A stretch of DNA of 64,000 nucleotides, from NCBI GenBank assembly GCA_034928145.1, contig JAYFPE010000004.1, forward strand, positions 67,223 through 131,222. Direction: 5' to 3'. Every line of letters begins with the position of its first letter. Positions within the stretch are counted from its first letter, which is position 1. This DNA is from Candidatus Pelethousia sp. (GTDB lineage: Bacteria > Bacillota > Clostridia > Christensenellales > CAG-138). Under the pieces are notes generated by a model. That model was not told the DNA's origin and ran no database searches. It saw only the letters and a program-made list of their open reading frames with translations. This document shows, piece after piece, positions 1 through 9,238 of the stretch. A program made the translations under genes and the position numbers.

Positions 1-135
1 GGCAAAGCCCAAAAAGATGCGCTGTACGCTTTCGTTTATGCGCTTGCGGAAGAAAAACACCATGGCGGAACCCAGCGCGGTCATACCAAAGGTGAAGCCC
101 GTGCCGCCGGCAGCCCAAAGTAACGCTTCTTTCAT
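1..135 (-). CDS. ZIP-family (ZupT-like) metal transporter, N-terminal fragment running off the window edge
   Basis: Not in the ORF track because fewer than 60 aa lie in the window. A reverse-strand ATG at 135 gives MKEALLWAAGGTGFTFGMTALGSAMVFFFRKRINESVQRIFLGFA, a hydrophobic N-terminus of ZIP/ZupT style. The frame stays open to position 1. Confidence 0.45.
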   Translation of the reverse strand, partial: MKEALLWAAGGTGFTFGMTALGSAMVFFFRKRINESVQRIFLGFA

Positions 136-186
136 AAAAACAGAACAGTACCCTTTCGTAGAAATTAGCCTAAATAAGCCCCGCGC

Positions 187-2184
187 TTATTGCCAGCCAA
201 TGCGCACCTCCGCGCCAGCCTGGAGCGGATGCAGGAAGCCCACGGCCGCGCCGTTGCATTCCATGATGAGCTGGCCCTGGGGGTTGGCGGGATCCACCCC
301 AGCCTTTTCCAACAGGTTCATGATGAAATAACTCTGCTGCCCCGCGCTAAGCGGCAGGGAGAGGGGCCGCCCATTGAGGGTGATCTCCAGCGCGGCCGGC
401 CCCGCCTTATTTTCGGCGATTTGCGCCGCTTCGTTCTCGGCCAGTTCGGCCTCCTCCCGCGCGGCGGGCGTTTCTTGCGGCGCGGGCTGGGCCGCGGGGA
501 TGGCGGGGAGGGGCCGCACGTCAACCTTATCGCCCTGAACGATGGGCCGGGCCGGATCCGCGATCTCGCCGTTGACCAGCACGGTTGCCAAACCCTCTGC
601 AGGCAGGAAATCCGCCGCGATGGCCGTGGCGGGTTCACCGCTGCGCGCCGGGGTGATAAGGATCGCGTCCCCGGGCCGCACATCGGATTCGATGCTGGCG
701 GGCGCGCCGTTGATAGTGACCACGGCATGCTCGGGCAGACCGCCGCGAACGGTATGCGGCGCGCCGTTGAGGGTGAAGAGCAGGCTGCGGCCCGAGCGGG
801 CAACGAGTTGGGAGGATTTGTAGCCGGCCATCAGCAGCACTTCCATCAGGCGGGTGTGGCTGGCATTCAAAAGCTTGAGGCGGCGGCCGTTCACGGATAC
901 GCCGAAAAACTGGAAGCACTCCTGGGTGATGGCCGTGAGGGCGATGCCCAGGGGCGTAACGAATTCGGGGCCTGTAAGCGCGGGAAAGGCTGCGATATCC
1001 ATCCCCTTAAGGCTGCGGCGGGGGCCCACGGCCACATTCTCCGGGGCGATCTGCAAGCAGGCGGCCAGGGCCTGGCCCAGCCCGGGCACCTGGCTGCCCC
1101 CGCCGATAAGGAACACCGCAGAGGGCGGGCCGCCGTTACACGCGAGGATTTTATCCGCCACGGTACGGGCCAGCAACTCCACCGCAGGCTTGAGGATGCC
1201 GTGAATATCCTGAACCTTCGCCTCGCCGGACAGGCCCAGCACATTTTCATAGTGCAATATCTCCGCGCCGCTTGAGAGATTCTTCTTGAGGCGCTCGGCC
1301 TCGGGGAAATCAACCAAATATTCGCGGATGATGGCTTCGGTAAGCTCATCCCCGGCGATGGTGGCCATATCGTAAGAAGCCACGCGCCCATCCCGGCAGA
1401 TAGCGATATCCGAGGTGCCCGCGCCCACATCCACCAGGGCCAGGTTCAGGAGCCGCAGCTCTCTGGGGATGAGCACATTGATGGCGGCGATGGGCTCAAG
1501 CGTGAGGCTTTGAACCTCCAGCCGGCTCATATCCACGGCCGCGTAAAGCCCCTCGATCACGCTGTAGGGCAGGAAGGCGGCAATCAGCTCCACACCGACC
1601 TCGGAGCAGGTGTGCCCGGCCAGCTGGGAAACGGGCTGGCCGTCCATTGTATATTCCACGATGCTATAGCCCACGCAGTAATAGCTGCCGCCCTGGGGCT
1701 GGCCGCCTTCCTGGCGGAGCTGCTCCTGCGCCAGCTCAATGGCCTCGCCCTCGAGACCCAGCACCATATCCCGCTCCACGATGGAATGGGGCGCCGCCAA
1801 TTCCCGGCGCACGCTCGAGCGCGCCGTGCGCAGCATGCGGCCTGCGGCTGCGATGGATACCCGGCTAAGGGATGTGCGCAGGCGCGCTTCCAATCGGCGC
1901 TGCACCTCGAGGATCAGCCGCCCCACTTGGGCGATATCCTCCACCTGGCCGTCAACCATGGCGCGGCCGGGGTGTTCCATCAGCTCGTAATCCTTCACGC
2001 GAAAACCGTCCGCACCCACGCGTTCCCCTACGATGCCGATCACGGTGCGGGTGCCGATATCCAGGGCGAAGATCAGGTTTTCGCCCTGGGGACGCTTCCT
2101 GGGGCGTTCGCCGCCTGCGGACGGCTTTTTGGAGGATCGGCCCCGTTTGCCGGAACCGGTCTGTGCCTTTGCGCGCTGAGCCAT
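187..2184 (-). CDS. FtsA-like actin-fold ATPase paralogue with a basic N-terminal tail and C-terminal tandem ThiS/MoaD-like repeats
   Basis: 665-aa ORF with GGAGG 8 nt upstream of the ATG. Actin-fold motifs ALDIGTRTVIG, LVDVGAGTSDIA and FLIGGGSQVPG occur in FtsA-like order. The C-terminal ~235 aa has repeated xVNG/LNG ... GDxVxI units. The gene is not adjacent to ftsZ. Confidence 0.75.
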   Translation of the reverse strand: MAQRAKAQTGSGKRGRSSKKPSAGGERPRKRPQGENLIFALDIGTRTVIGIVGERVGADGFRVKDYELMEHPGRAMVDGQVEDIAQVGRLILEVQRRLEARLRTSLSRVSIAAAGRMLRTARSSVRRELAAPHSIVERDMVLGLEGEAIELAQEQLRQEGGQPQGGSYYCVGYSIVEYTMDGQPVSQLAGHTCSEVGVELIAAFLPYSVIEGLYAAVDMSRLEVQSLTLEPIAAINVLIPRELRLLNLALVDVGAGTSDIAICRDGRVASYDMATIAGDELTEAIIREYLVDFPEAERLKKNLSSGAEILHYENVLGLSGEAKVQDIHGILKPAVELLARTVADKILACNGGPPSAVFLIGGGSQVPGLGQALAACLQIAPENVAVGPRRSLKGMDIAAFPALTGPEFVTPLGIALTAITQECFQFFGVSVNGRRLKLLNASHTRLMEVLLMAGYKSSQLVARSGRSLLFTLNGAPHTVRGGLPEHAVVTINGAPASIESDVRPGDAILITPARSGEPATAIAADFLPAEGLATVLVNGEIADPARPIVQGDKVDVRPLPAIPAAQPAPQETPAAREEAELAENEAAQIAENKAGPAALEITLNGRPLSLPLSAGQQSYFIMNLLEKAGVDPANPQGQLIMECNGAAVGFLHPLQAGAEVRIGWQ

Positions 2185-2233
2185 AGGGGCTGCCTCCTCA
2201 TAATTATGCTTGCTAAATATATATTAGTATAAC

Positions 2234-2260
2234 ATATCGGCAGTAAATTTCCCATATTTA
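2234..2260 (-). promoter_or_regulatory. sigma-D (sigma-28) type promoter for the FtsA-like gene
   Basis: The minus strand reads TAAA-tatgggaaatttact-GCCGATAT. This is an exact match to the Bacillus sigma-D consensus TAAA-N15-GCCGATAT and lies about 50 nt upstream of the ATG at 2184. Confidence 0.7.
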
Positions 2261-2333
2261 TCACCTTTTGGCACAAAAGCGGACCGCCCCGGCGTACGGA
2301 CTGGAGGAATCTGTCACAATAGGGTTTATTTTG

Positions 2334-2362
2334 TTGACTTAGGTAGGGCGGGGTTATAAAAT
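2334..2362 (+). promoter_or_regulatory. sigma-A type promoter upstream of flgB
   Basis: TTGACT (2334-2339), a 17-nt spacer, then TAAAAT (2357-2362), about 70 nt upstream of the flgB ATG. Confidence 0.5.
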
Positions 2363-2432
2363 ATAGTAAGGAATATCCATTCGTTACCCCAGGTTTTGTG
2401 GTGGGCCCTTAATCGGCAGGGAGGAGCGCTTT

Positions 2433-2843
2433 ATGATCGAGAAGATGTTCACGCAGGTAGATAAGCTCAACGCGGGCATGGATGCTTCCTGGAAGCGCAG
2501 CGAGGTGATCGCGGGCAACATCACCAACAACGATACCCCGGGCTATAACCGCGCATCCGTAGCCTTCGAGGATTACTACCGCGCGGCCCTGGAGCAGGAC
2601 GCGGGCGGTTCCTTTGCCATGAAGCGCACGCGGGAAAAACATTTTGCGGGCTCTATGGAAACGGAACCGCGCATCGAAGTGCGGGTGGATGAAAGCACCA
2701 CCATGCGCATGGACGATAATAACGTCGATATCGAAAAAGAGATGGCGGATCTAGCTACCAACACGCTGTATTATTATACCCTGCAAAATAAGGTATCCAG
2801 CGAGTTCAACCAGTTGAGCACAGCCATTACGGGAGGTAGGTAA
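2433..2843 (+). CDS. flgB: flagellar basal-body rod protein FlgB
   Basis: 136 aa. The N-terminus has the rod-family signature (AGNITNNDTPGY) and there is a C-terminal heptad region. It is first in a flgB-flgC-fliE order. Confidence 0.9.
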   Translation: MIEKMFTQVDKLNAGMDASWKRSEVIAGNITNNDTPGYNRASVAFEDYYRAALEQDAGGSFAMKRTREKHFAGSMETEPRIEVRVDESTTMRMDDNNVDIEKEMADLATNTLYYYTLQNKVSSEFNQLSTAITGGR

Positions 2844-2845
2844 GC

Positions 2846-3277
2846 ATGTCGTTCCTTAAAAGCATGGATATCAGCGCCTCGGCCCTTACAGCCCAGCGCG
2901 TGCGTATGGACGTGATCGCCGAAAACCTCGCGAACATCAACACCACCCGCACGGCGGAAGGCGAGCCCTACAGGCGGCGCTATGTGGTGATGCAGCAGCG
3001 GGAGGATCAAACCTTTGCCGGCATGCTGGAGCGGGCCAAGGCCACGAGCAACGGCAACGGCGTACGGGTTACCGAAATCCGGGAGGACGAATCCCCCTTC
3101 AAGCTGGATTACGACCCCGATCACCCGGATGCGAACGAAGAGGGCTACGTGCAGATGCCCAATGTCGACCTGGTTGTGGAAATGGTGGATATGATGGCTG
3201 CCACCCGCTCCTACGAAGCCAACATCACCGCCACCAACGCCATCAAATCCATGGCGCTCAAGGCCCTAGAAATCTAA
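2846..3277 (+). CDS. flgC: flagellar basal-body rod protein FlgC
   Basis: 143 aa. Contains ASALTAQRVRMDVIAENLANINTTRT and a C-terminal SYEANITA motif typical of FlgC. Confidence 0.9.
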   Translation: MSFLKSMDISASALTAQRVRMDVIAENLANINTTRTAEGEPYRRRYVVMQQREDQTFAGMLERAKATSNGNGVRVTEIREDESPFKLDYDPDHPDANEEGYVQMPNVDLVVEMVDMMAATRSYEANITATNAIKSMALKALEI

Positions 3278-3290
3278 GGGAGGTTAGGCA

Positions 3291-3608
3291 ATGGCGATCG
3301 ATTCTCTTAATCCCGTTTCCGCGCTGGATGCGGTCAATAATGTTCTGAATGGGCGCGCCGCGGGCACGGCCAACGTATCCGACGATTCCATCCAATTCAA
3401 AGATTTTCTCACCCAAGCCATCGACCAGGCGGAACTGACCTCCGCCGATAACCAGGCTTATACGGACGCGCTGCTCATAGGCGAACTTAACGACCTGCAT
3501 GACGCGCCCATCGCCGCGCGCAAAGCTGAGCTGGCCCTGAGCCTCACGGTGCAGATCCGCGACCGGCTGGTGGATGCCTATACCGAAGTCATGCGCATGC
3601 AGGTTTAG
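3291..3608 (+). CDS. fliE: flagellar hook-basal body complex protein FliE
   Basis: 105 aa. The C-terminal QIRDRLVDAYTEVMRMQV is FliE-like, and the gene sits after flgC. Confidence 0.85.
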   Translation: MAIDSLNPVSALDAVNNVLNGRAAGTANVSDDSIQFKDFLTQAIDQAELTSADNQAYTDALLIGELNDLHDAPIAARKAELALSLTVQIRDRLVDAYTEVMRMQV

Positions 3609-3611
3609 CAT

Positions 3612-4037
3612 ATGCCCATTTCCACGCCCGCGCCCGCCCAGGCCCTGGAGCAAGGGCCGCAGATCGGCCAGATTCTGCTGCTGTTGCTCTATTTGGCGCT
3701 GATATTCGCGGGCGCATATTTTGTTACACGCTTTTTCGCGCGTACTATGCAGCGCGGCGCCTCCTTCCTCCCCGCCAAGGGCGGCAGGCTGGCGCTGGGG
3801 CGGCATATTCGCCTGGTGGATCGGCTTTCGATCGACCGGGAAAAGAGTATCCTGCTGATCGAGGCGGATAGCAAGCGCTATCTTTTGGGCGTGAGCGAGA
3901 ACGCCTTCGCCCTGCTGGAAACGAGCGACGCGCCGCCGGCGGAGGAGGCGGAGCCGCAACGCGCGTCGGTGCCCTTCCGCGATGTTTTTACGGCCTGGAA
4001 AAAGCGGGAGGAGGGTGACCATGCGCCAAAAGAATGA
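3612..4037 (+). CDS. fliO: flagellar biosynthesis protein FliO (FliZ of Bacillus)
   Basis: 141 aa with a single TM (ILLLLLYLALIFAGAYFV) followed by an IRLVDRLSIDREKSILLIEADSKRYLLGVSE block typical of FliO. It lies immediately upstream of and overlaps fliP. Confidence 0.7.
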   Translation: MPISTPAPAQALEQGPQIGQILLLLLYLALIFAGAYFVTRFFARTMQRGASFLPAKGGRLALGRHIRLVDRLSIDREKSILLIEADSKRYLLGVSENAFALLETSDAPPAEEAEPQRASVPFRDVFTAWKKREEGDHAPKE

Positions 4038-4977
4038 CCGCCCCGCCGCCCTGCCTGCCATAAGCGCCAAATTCCACGGCCCTGCCGCGCGCCGCGCCCG
4101 GTGCAGGCGCATCGCCTGCCTGCTGCTTTTGGCGATGCTGGCTGCGGTCGTGTTTGTGATGACGGGCTGCGTATCCGAGGCGGAATTGCAGGCGGCCCTG
4201 GCCGAGCGGGAAGCCGCCGAGGCCGCGGAGACGGCCGAGCCCTTGGAGCCGCTGGAGCCGATGGATGGGGCGGCGGCCGAAGCCGAAGCGGAGGCAGAAG
4301 AGACGCCGGGCATGCTAGGCACGCTCATCAGCATGCTGGGCAGCCGCTCGCAGAGCATGCAGATCGTGGCGCTGCTCACGGTGCTATCCCTCGCGCCCTC
4401 TTTGCTCATCATGCTCACCAGCTTCGTGCGGGTGGTGATGGTGCTCTCCTTTACGCGAAACGCCCTGGGCTTGCAGCAGATGCCCCCAAACCAGGTATTG
4501 GTGGGGCTGGCGCTGTTTTTAACGCTGTTTATCATGGGCCCGGTGGTGGATGAGGTCAAAACCGAAGCCTATATCCCCTATATCACGGAGCAGATTACGC
4601 TGGAGGAAGCGGTGGATCGGGGGGCCGTGCCCGTGCGCGCTTTCATGCTGCGCCAAACCCGCACGGCGGATCTGAATATGTTCTGCTCCTTTGCGGGCGA
4701 GGAGCCGCCCGCCACGGAGGAAGAAGCCTTGGAGGTGCGCATGCGCACGCTGATCCCGGCCTTCCTCACGAGCGAACTCAAGCGCTCCTTTGAGATCGGC
4801 TTCTTCATCTATATCCCCTTTATCGTGATCGATATGATCGTGGCCAGCACGCTGATGGCCATGGGCATGATGATGCTCCCGCCCATTACCATCTCGCTGC
4901 CCTTCAAGGTATTGCTGTTCGTGGTGGTGGATGGCTGGACGCTCACCATGCAGACCCTGGTTTCCGGCTTCCTGTAA
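4021..4977 (+). CDS. fliP: flagellar type III export gate protein FliP, with lipobox-like signal and acidic linker
   Basis: Start chosen at the ATG at 4021 (GGAGGG 5 nt upstream), which is internal to ORF 3982-4977. The conserved core LLTVLSLAPSLLIMLTSFVRVVMVLSFTRNALGLQQMPPNQVL is diagnostic of FliP. Confidence 0.9.
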   Translation: MRQKNDRPAALPAISAKFHGPAARRARCRRIACLLLLAMLAAVVFVMTGCVSEAELQAALAEREAAEAAETAEPLEPLEPMDGAAAEAEAEAEETPGMLGTLISMLGSRSQSMQIVALLTVLSLAPSLLIMLTSFVRVVMVLSFTRNALGLQQMPPNQVLVGLALFLTLFIMGPVVDEVKTEAYIPYITEQITLEEAVDRGAVPVRAFMLRQTRTADLNMFCSFAGEEPPATEEEALEVRMRTLIPAFLTSELKRSFEIGFFIYIPFIVIDMIVASTLMAMGMMMLPPITISLPFKVLLFVVVDGWTLTMQTLVSGFL

Positions 4978-5026
4978 TATCCGCTTGAAAGCGGCGCTGG
5001 AGCGGAAGGCGAAAAGGAGGCGGCCT

Positions 5027-5296
5027 ATGTCCCAATCAATGGTCATAACGGTTTTGCAGGATGCTATCATGGTGGTGCTCAAATGCTCCATGCCCATGAT
5101 GGCCGCGGCGCTGCTGATTGGCGTGGTCGTATCCATCTTCCAGGCCGCGACCCAGATCAGCGAGCAAACGCTGGCCTTTGTGCCCAAGATCATCGGCGTG
5201 TTCCTGGCCATTTTGGTATGCGCGGGGTATATCCTGTCCGAAACCAGCGGCCTGGTCACCCGGCTGTACGGCTACATCGGCCAGATGATCTACTAG
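5027..5296 (+). CDS. fliQ: flagellar export gate protein FliQ
   Basis: 89 aa from an internal ATG (AAGGAGG upstream). The sequence MSQSMVITVLQDAIMVVLKCSMPMMAAALLIGVVVSIFQAATQI matches the FliQ pattern. Confidence 0.9.
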   Translation: MSQSMVITVLQDAIMVVLKCSMPMMAAALLIGVVVSIFQAATQISEQTLAFVPKIIGVFLAILVCAGYILSETSGLVTRLYGYIGQMIY

Positions 5297-5300
5297 CCCT

Positions 5301-6089
5301 ATGGAGACGCTTTCGCGGCTGGCCGCAGGCGGGTTGGATTACGCGCTGCTGCTTTTTATCCGGGTGGCCGGCATGACGCTCTCTTCCCCCATTTTCGGCA
5401 GGGCGAATATCCCGGCCGCGGTGAAGATCAGCTACAGCCTGGCCCTTGCGTATTTCTTTTTTACGGTGCTGCCAACGCCCGCGCCCCTAGCCTATGGCAG
5501 CGTGCCCATTTTCGCTCTGCTGTGCGCCAAGGAGACCCTCGTGGGCCTCATCATGGGCTACCTGCTGACGCTGTTTTTCAGCGTATCCTTTTCTGCAGGC
5601 CAGCTGATCGATATGCAGATGGGTTTTGGCATGGCCAATGTGTTCGACCAGCAGTCCAACGCCAGCATCCCCATGCTGGGCAATCTGCTCAATACCATGA
5701 TGATGTTGGTTTTCATCAGCGTGGGCGGCTTTGAGCGGCTGATCGCGCTTTTGCGGATCACCTTCCTGCACATCCCCGTGGGCGCTGTAACGGTTTCCCC
5801 CGGCATTGCCTGGGTGATCGCGGAGCTGTTTTGCGAGGCCTTTGTGCTGGGGCTGCGCATGGCCCTGCCGGTGGTGATATCGGGCCTGTTGGGCGAGGCG
5901 GCCATGGGCATGCTGGTGCGCACGGTGCCGCAGATGAACGTGTTCGTGATCGGCATGCCGCTCAAGATCATCCTGGGGTTGCTAGTGATTTCCATGGTGC
6001 TGCCCATCTATTCCTCTTTGGCCGGCGGCGTGTTCGAAAGCATGTTCAGCGGCATGGAGCGGGCCTTCTCGGCCCTGATCGGCGCGTAA
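5301..6089 (+). CDS. fliR: flagellar export gate protein FliR
   Basis: 262-aa polytopic membrane protein positioned between fliQ and flhB. Confidence 0.85.
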   Translation: METLSRLAAGGLDYALLLFIRVAGMTLSSPIFGRANIPAAVKISYSLALAYFFFTVLPTPAPLAYGSVPIFALLCAKETLVGLIMGYLLTLFFSVSFSAGQLIDMQMGFGMANVFDQQSNASIPMLGNLLNTMMMLVFISVGGFERLIALLRITFLHIPVGAVTVSPGIAWVIAELFCEAFVLGLRMALPVVISGLLGEAAMGMLVRTVPQMNVFVIGMPLKIILGLLVISMVLPIYSSLAGGVFESMFSGMERAFSALIGA

Positions 6090-6092
6090 GCC

Positions 6093-7169
6093 ATGGCGCA
6101 GGAGGGAAGCGGCGGCGAACGCACGGAAAAGGCAACGCCCAAAAAGCGCAAGGACGCGCGGGAGCGGGGCCAGGTACGCAAAAGCAACGAGCTGGTCACG
6201 GCGTTGATGATGCTGCTGCTCTTTGGGGCGCTGCGCATGCTGGGGCCGGGCATGTGGGAGCGGATGGCCAGTTTCCTTCGGGCGGCGCTTTCGGGGCAGC
6301 TTTTTATGGGGGATGCCCTGGAGGCCGGGGAGGTTCCCCGTCTGCTGGTTCGGGGTTCAATCGAGCTGGCGTGGATCATGCTGCCTTTCCTGGGCGTGGC
6401 CTTTATCGGGGCCGCGGGCGCAAACCTTTTGCAGGTGGGCTTTCTGTTTTCCAGCAAGGCACTAGAGCCCAAGATGGACAGGCTCAACCCTTTAAAAGGG
6501 CTGCAGCGCATTTTTTCCGTGCGCACGCTTTACGAGCTGCTCAAGTCCATCGTTAAGATCATCATCATCAGCTATGTGGCCTATGGCAGATACATGGCAG
6601 CCATGGAGCGTTTTGGGGAAGCCGCCTGGCAGGATCCGGCCCTGGCGGCCGGGTTGATCTTGCTGCTGATAACCGATCTTGGCCTGAGCGTAGGTTTGGC
6701 CCTTTTGGTGATGGCGGGCGTGGACTATTTTTACCAGTGGTGGCGCTACGAAAAAGACCTGCGCATGACCAAATATGAGCTCAAGCTCGAGTACAAGCAG
6801 CAGGAGGGCGACCCGCAGGTGAAGGGCCGCATCAAGCAAAAGCAGCGGCAGATGGCGGCGATGCGCATGATGCAGGCCGTACCCGAGGCGGATGTGGTGA
6901 TTACCAACCCCACCCATTACGCCGTAGCCCTCAAATATGAAGAAACCGCCAAAGCTTCCGCCCCTATCGTTACGGCCAAGGGCCAGGATTATCTGGCGCG
7001 CCGCATCAAGGAGATTGCCAAGGAGAACGGGGTGGAGCTGGTTGAGAATAAAAGCGTGGCCCAAGGGCTGTATAAAATGTGCGAGATCGGCAGCGAGGTT
7101 CCCTTCGAGCTGTACCAGGCCGTAGCGGAGATACTGGCCTATGTGTACAAACTGAAAAAGGGAAGGTAG
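6093..7169 (+). CDS. flhB: flagellar export switch protein FlhB
   Basis: 358 aa. The N-terminal EKTEKATPKKRKDARERGQV motif and the NPTH autocleavage site (VITNPTHYAVAL) are present. Confidence 0.95.
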   Translation: MAQEGSGGERTEKATPKKRKDARERGQVRKSNELVTALMMLLLFGALRMLGPGMWERMASFLRAALSGQLFMGDALEAGEVPRLLVRGSIELAWIMLPFLGVAFIGAAGANLLQVGFLFSSKALEPKMDRLNPLKGLQRIFSVRTLYELLKSIVKIIIISYVAYGRYMAAMERFGEAAWQDPALAAGLILLLITDLGLSVGLALLVMAGVDYFYQWWRYEKDLRMTKYELKLEYKQQEGDPQVKGRIKQKQRQMAAMRMMQAVPEADVVITNPTHYAVALKYEETAKASAPIVTAKGQDYLARRIKEIAKENGVELVENKSVAQGLYKMCEIGSEVPFELYQAVAEILAYVYKLKKGR

Positions 7170-7182
7170 GGGAAGGGACAAT

Positions 7183-9237
7183 ATGACGAAGCTAAAGCCA
7201 CAGGACGTTATTATCGCGGTCGTGCTGCTAAGTATCGTGCTCATCATCATCCTGCCCATACCCACGGCCCTGATGGATGTGCTGCTGGTGGTCAATATCG
7301 CCGTTTCCCTGCTGGTATTGCTGATGACGGTGTATATCACGGAGCCGCTGCAATTCGCCAGCTTCCCCACCATGCTGCTGATCCTAACGCTGTTCCGCCT
7401 TTCGCTGAACATTTCGACTACCACCCTGATCTTGGGCAACAATGGCGATGCGGGCCGCGTGATCCGCACCTTTGCCCAGTTCGTCATCGGCGATAACCTG
7501 GTGGTGGGCGTTATCACTTTTTTCATCATCGTGATCGTGCAGTTCGTGGTCATCACCAGGGGCGCGGAGCGCGTGGCCGAGGTAGCCGCCCGTTTCACGT
7601 TGGACGCCATGCCGGGCAAGCAAATGGCCATCGACGCGGATCTCAACTCCGGCCTAATCGACGAGCAGGGCGCCAAGGATCGCCGCCTCAAGATCCAGCG
7701 CGAAGCGGATTTTTACGGCGCTATGGACGGCTCGAGCAAATTCGTCAAGGGCGACGCGGTGGTCGGCATCCTCATCACGCTGGTCAATATAGTGGGCGGC
7801 CTGATCATCGGCCTGATGGGCGATTCGGGCATGACCACGGCTGAGGTGATCGACACTTACCTCATCGCCAGTGTGGGCGACGGCCTTTGCTCCCAGATCC
7901 CGGCGCTGATGGTTTCCACGGCCATGGGCATTATCGTTACCAGGGCCACGTCGGATAACAACCTGGGGCGGGATCTTGCCAAGCAATTCGGCAGCCAGCC
8001 CTATATCTTCATTATTCTGGCCTGCATGCTGCTGGGCTTTGCCCTTATTCCCGGCATGCCCACGATTCCCATCCTCTTCCTGGCCGCTGGCCTGGGCGCG
8101 CTGGCCTACTTCCTTTTACAGGCGCAAAAAAAGAAAGAGGAGCAAGCGGAGCCTGAGGCCGTGGATGTACACGAGGCCGCGGCGCAGGAGATGCGAAAGC
8201 CCGAAAAGGCCACCTCCCTTTTGCAGGTAGACCTGATCAGCATGGAGCTGGGCTACGGCCTGCTGCCGCTGGTGGATGCTTCCCAGGGCGGGGATCTGTT
8301 GGAGCGGGTGGTGATGATTCGCCGCCAATGCGTAATGGATTTAGGCATCATCGTGCCGGTCATCCGCCTGCGGGACAATATCCAGCTGGGCACCAGCGAG
8401 TATGTGATCAAGATCAAGGGCGTGGAGGTTTCTCGCGGCAAGGTAATGCTGGATCATTTTCTGGCCCTCTCCACAGGCGAGGTGCTGGGCAAGGTCGAGG
8501 GCATCGAAACCGTGGAGCCCACCTTCGGCCTGCCGGCCCTTTGGGTAACGGAAGCCAACCGCGAAAAGGCTGAGCTTTTTGGCTACACCACCATCGACTT
8601 GCCCTCGGTGATCGCCACCCACATGACGGACGTGATCAAGCGCCACAGCGCGGAGCTGCTCACCAGGCAGCAGGTGCAGGTATTGGTAGATAACCTCAAG
8701 GGCCAGCAGCCGGCCCTGGTCGAGGAGGTCGTGCCCAAGCTTTTTTCCCTGGGCGAGCTGCAAAAGGTGCTGGCCGCCCTGCTCAAAGAGAACATCTCCG
8801 TGCGGGATTTGGGCACCATCCTCGAGGCGCTGGCCGACTACGGCCCCATCACGCGCGATACGGAAACGCTGGTGGAATTCGTGCGCCAAGCCCTTGGCCG
8901 GGCCATCTCCAAACGCTTTATCCCGGATGATAAGGGCCATGTGATCACGGTGGACGCGGCCGTGGAGCAGCTTTTGCTCGAGCGGGTGCGCAAGAGCGAA
9001 ACGGGCTCCTATCTGGCCCTCAACCAAAAAGAGATGCAGGGCATCTTCCTAAGCCTGCGCAACGCCACGGAAAAGGTGACGGGCATGGGCCTTACGCCCA
9101 TCGTCGTTACCTCGCCGGCCGCGCGGCGCTATTTCAAAAAGCTGACAGAGCAGATCGCGCCGGATTTTGTGGTGCTTTCTTACAGCGAGATCGGCCAGGA
9201 TACCGAAATCATTTCCGAAGGGATGGTGACCCTCTAG
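7183..9237 (+). CDS. flhA: flagellar export gate protein FlhA
   Basis: 684 aa. Conserved FlhA blocks are present (FPTMLLILTLFRLSLNISTTTLIL, DAMPGKQMAIDADL, FVKGDAV). Confidence 0.95.
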   Translation: MTKLKPQDVIIAVVLLSIVLIIILPIPTALMDVLLVVNIAVSLLVLLMTVYITEPLQFASFPTMLLILTLFRLSLNISTTTLILGNNGDAGRVIRTFAQFVIGDNLVVGVITFFIIVIVQFVVITRGAERVAEVAARFTLDAMPGKQMAIDADLNSGLIDEQGAKDRRLKIQREADFYGAMDGSSKFVKGDAVVGILITLVNIVGGLIIGLMGDSGMTTAEVIDTYLIASVGDGLCSQIPALMVSTAMGIIVTRATSDNNLGRDLAKQFGSQPYIFIILACMLLGFALIPGMPTIPILFLAAGLGALAYFLLQAQKKKEEQAEPEAVDVHEAAAQEMRKPEKATSLLQVDLISMELGYGLLPLVDASQGGDLLERVVMIRRQCVMDLGIIVPVIRLRDNIQLGTSEYVIKIKGVEVSRGKVMLDHFLALSTGEVLGKVEGIETVEPTFGLPALWVTEANREKAELFGYTTIDLPSVIATHMTDVIKRHSAELLTRQQVQVLVDNLKGQQPALVEEVVPKLFSLGELQKVLAALLKENISVRDLGTILEALADYGPITRDTETLVEFVRQALGRAISKRFIPDDKGHVITVDAAVEQLLLERVRKSETGSYLALNQKEMQGIFLSLRNATEKVTGMGLTPIVVTSPAARRYFKKLTEQIAPDFVVLSYSEIGQDTEIISEGMVTL

Positions 9238-9238
9238 T

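Noticed and set aside
17-331. A 104-aa plus-strand ORF at the window start.
   Set aside because: It overlaps the 3' end of the FtsA-like gene and the ZIP-transporter fragment on the opposite strand. It has no RBS and an implausible composition.
3982-4020. An upstream in-frame start extending FliP by 13 residues.
   Set aside because: It has no RBS and lies inside fliO. The ATG at 4021 has GGAGGG at the optimal distance.
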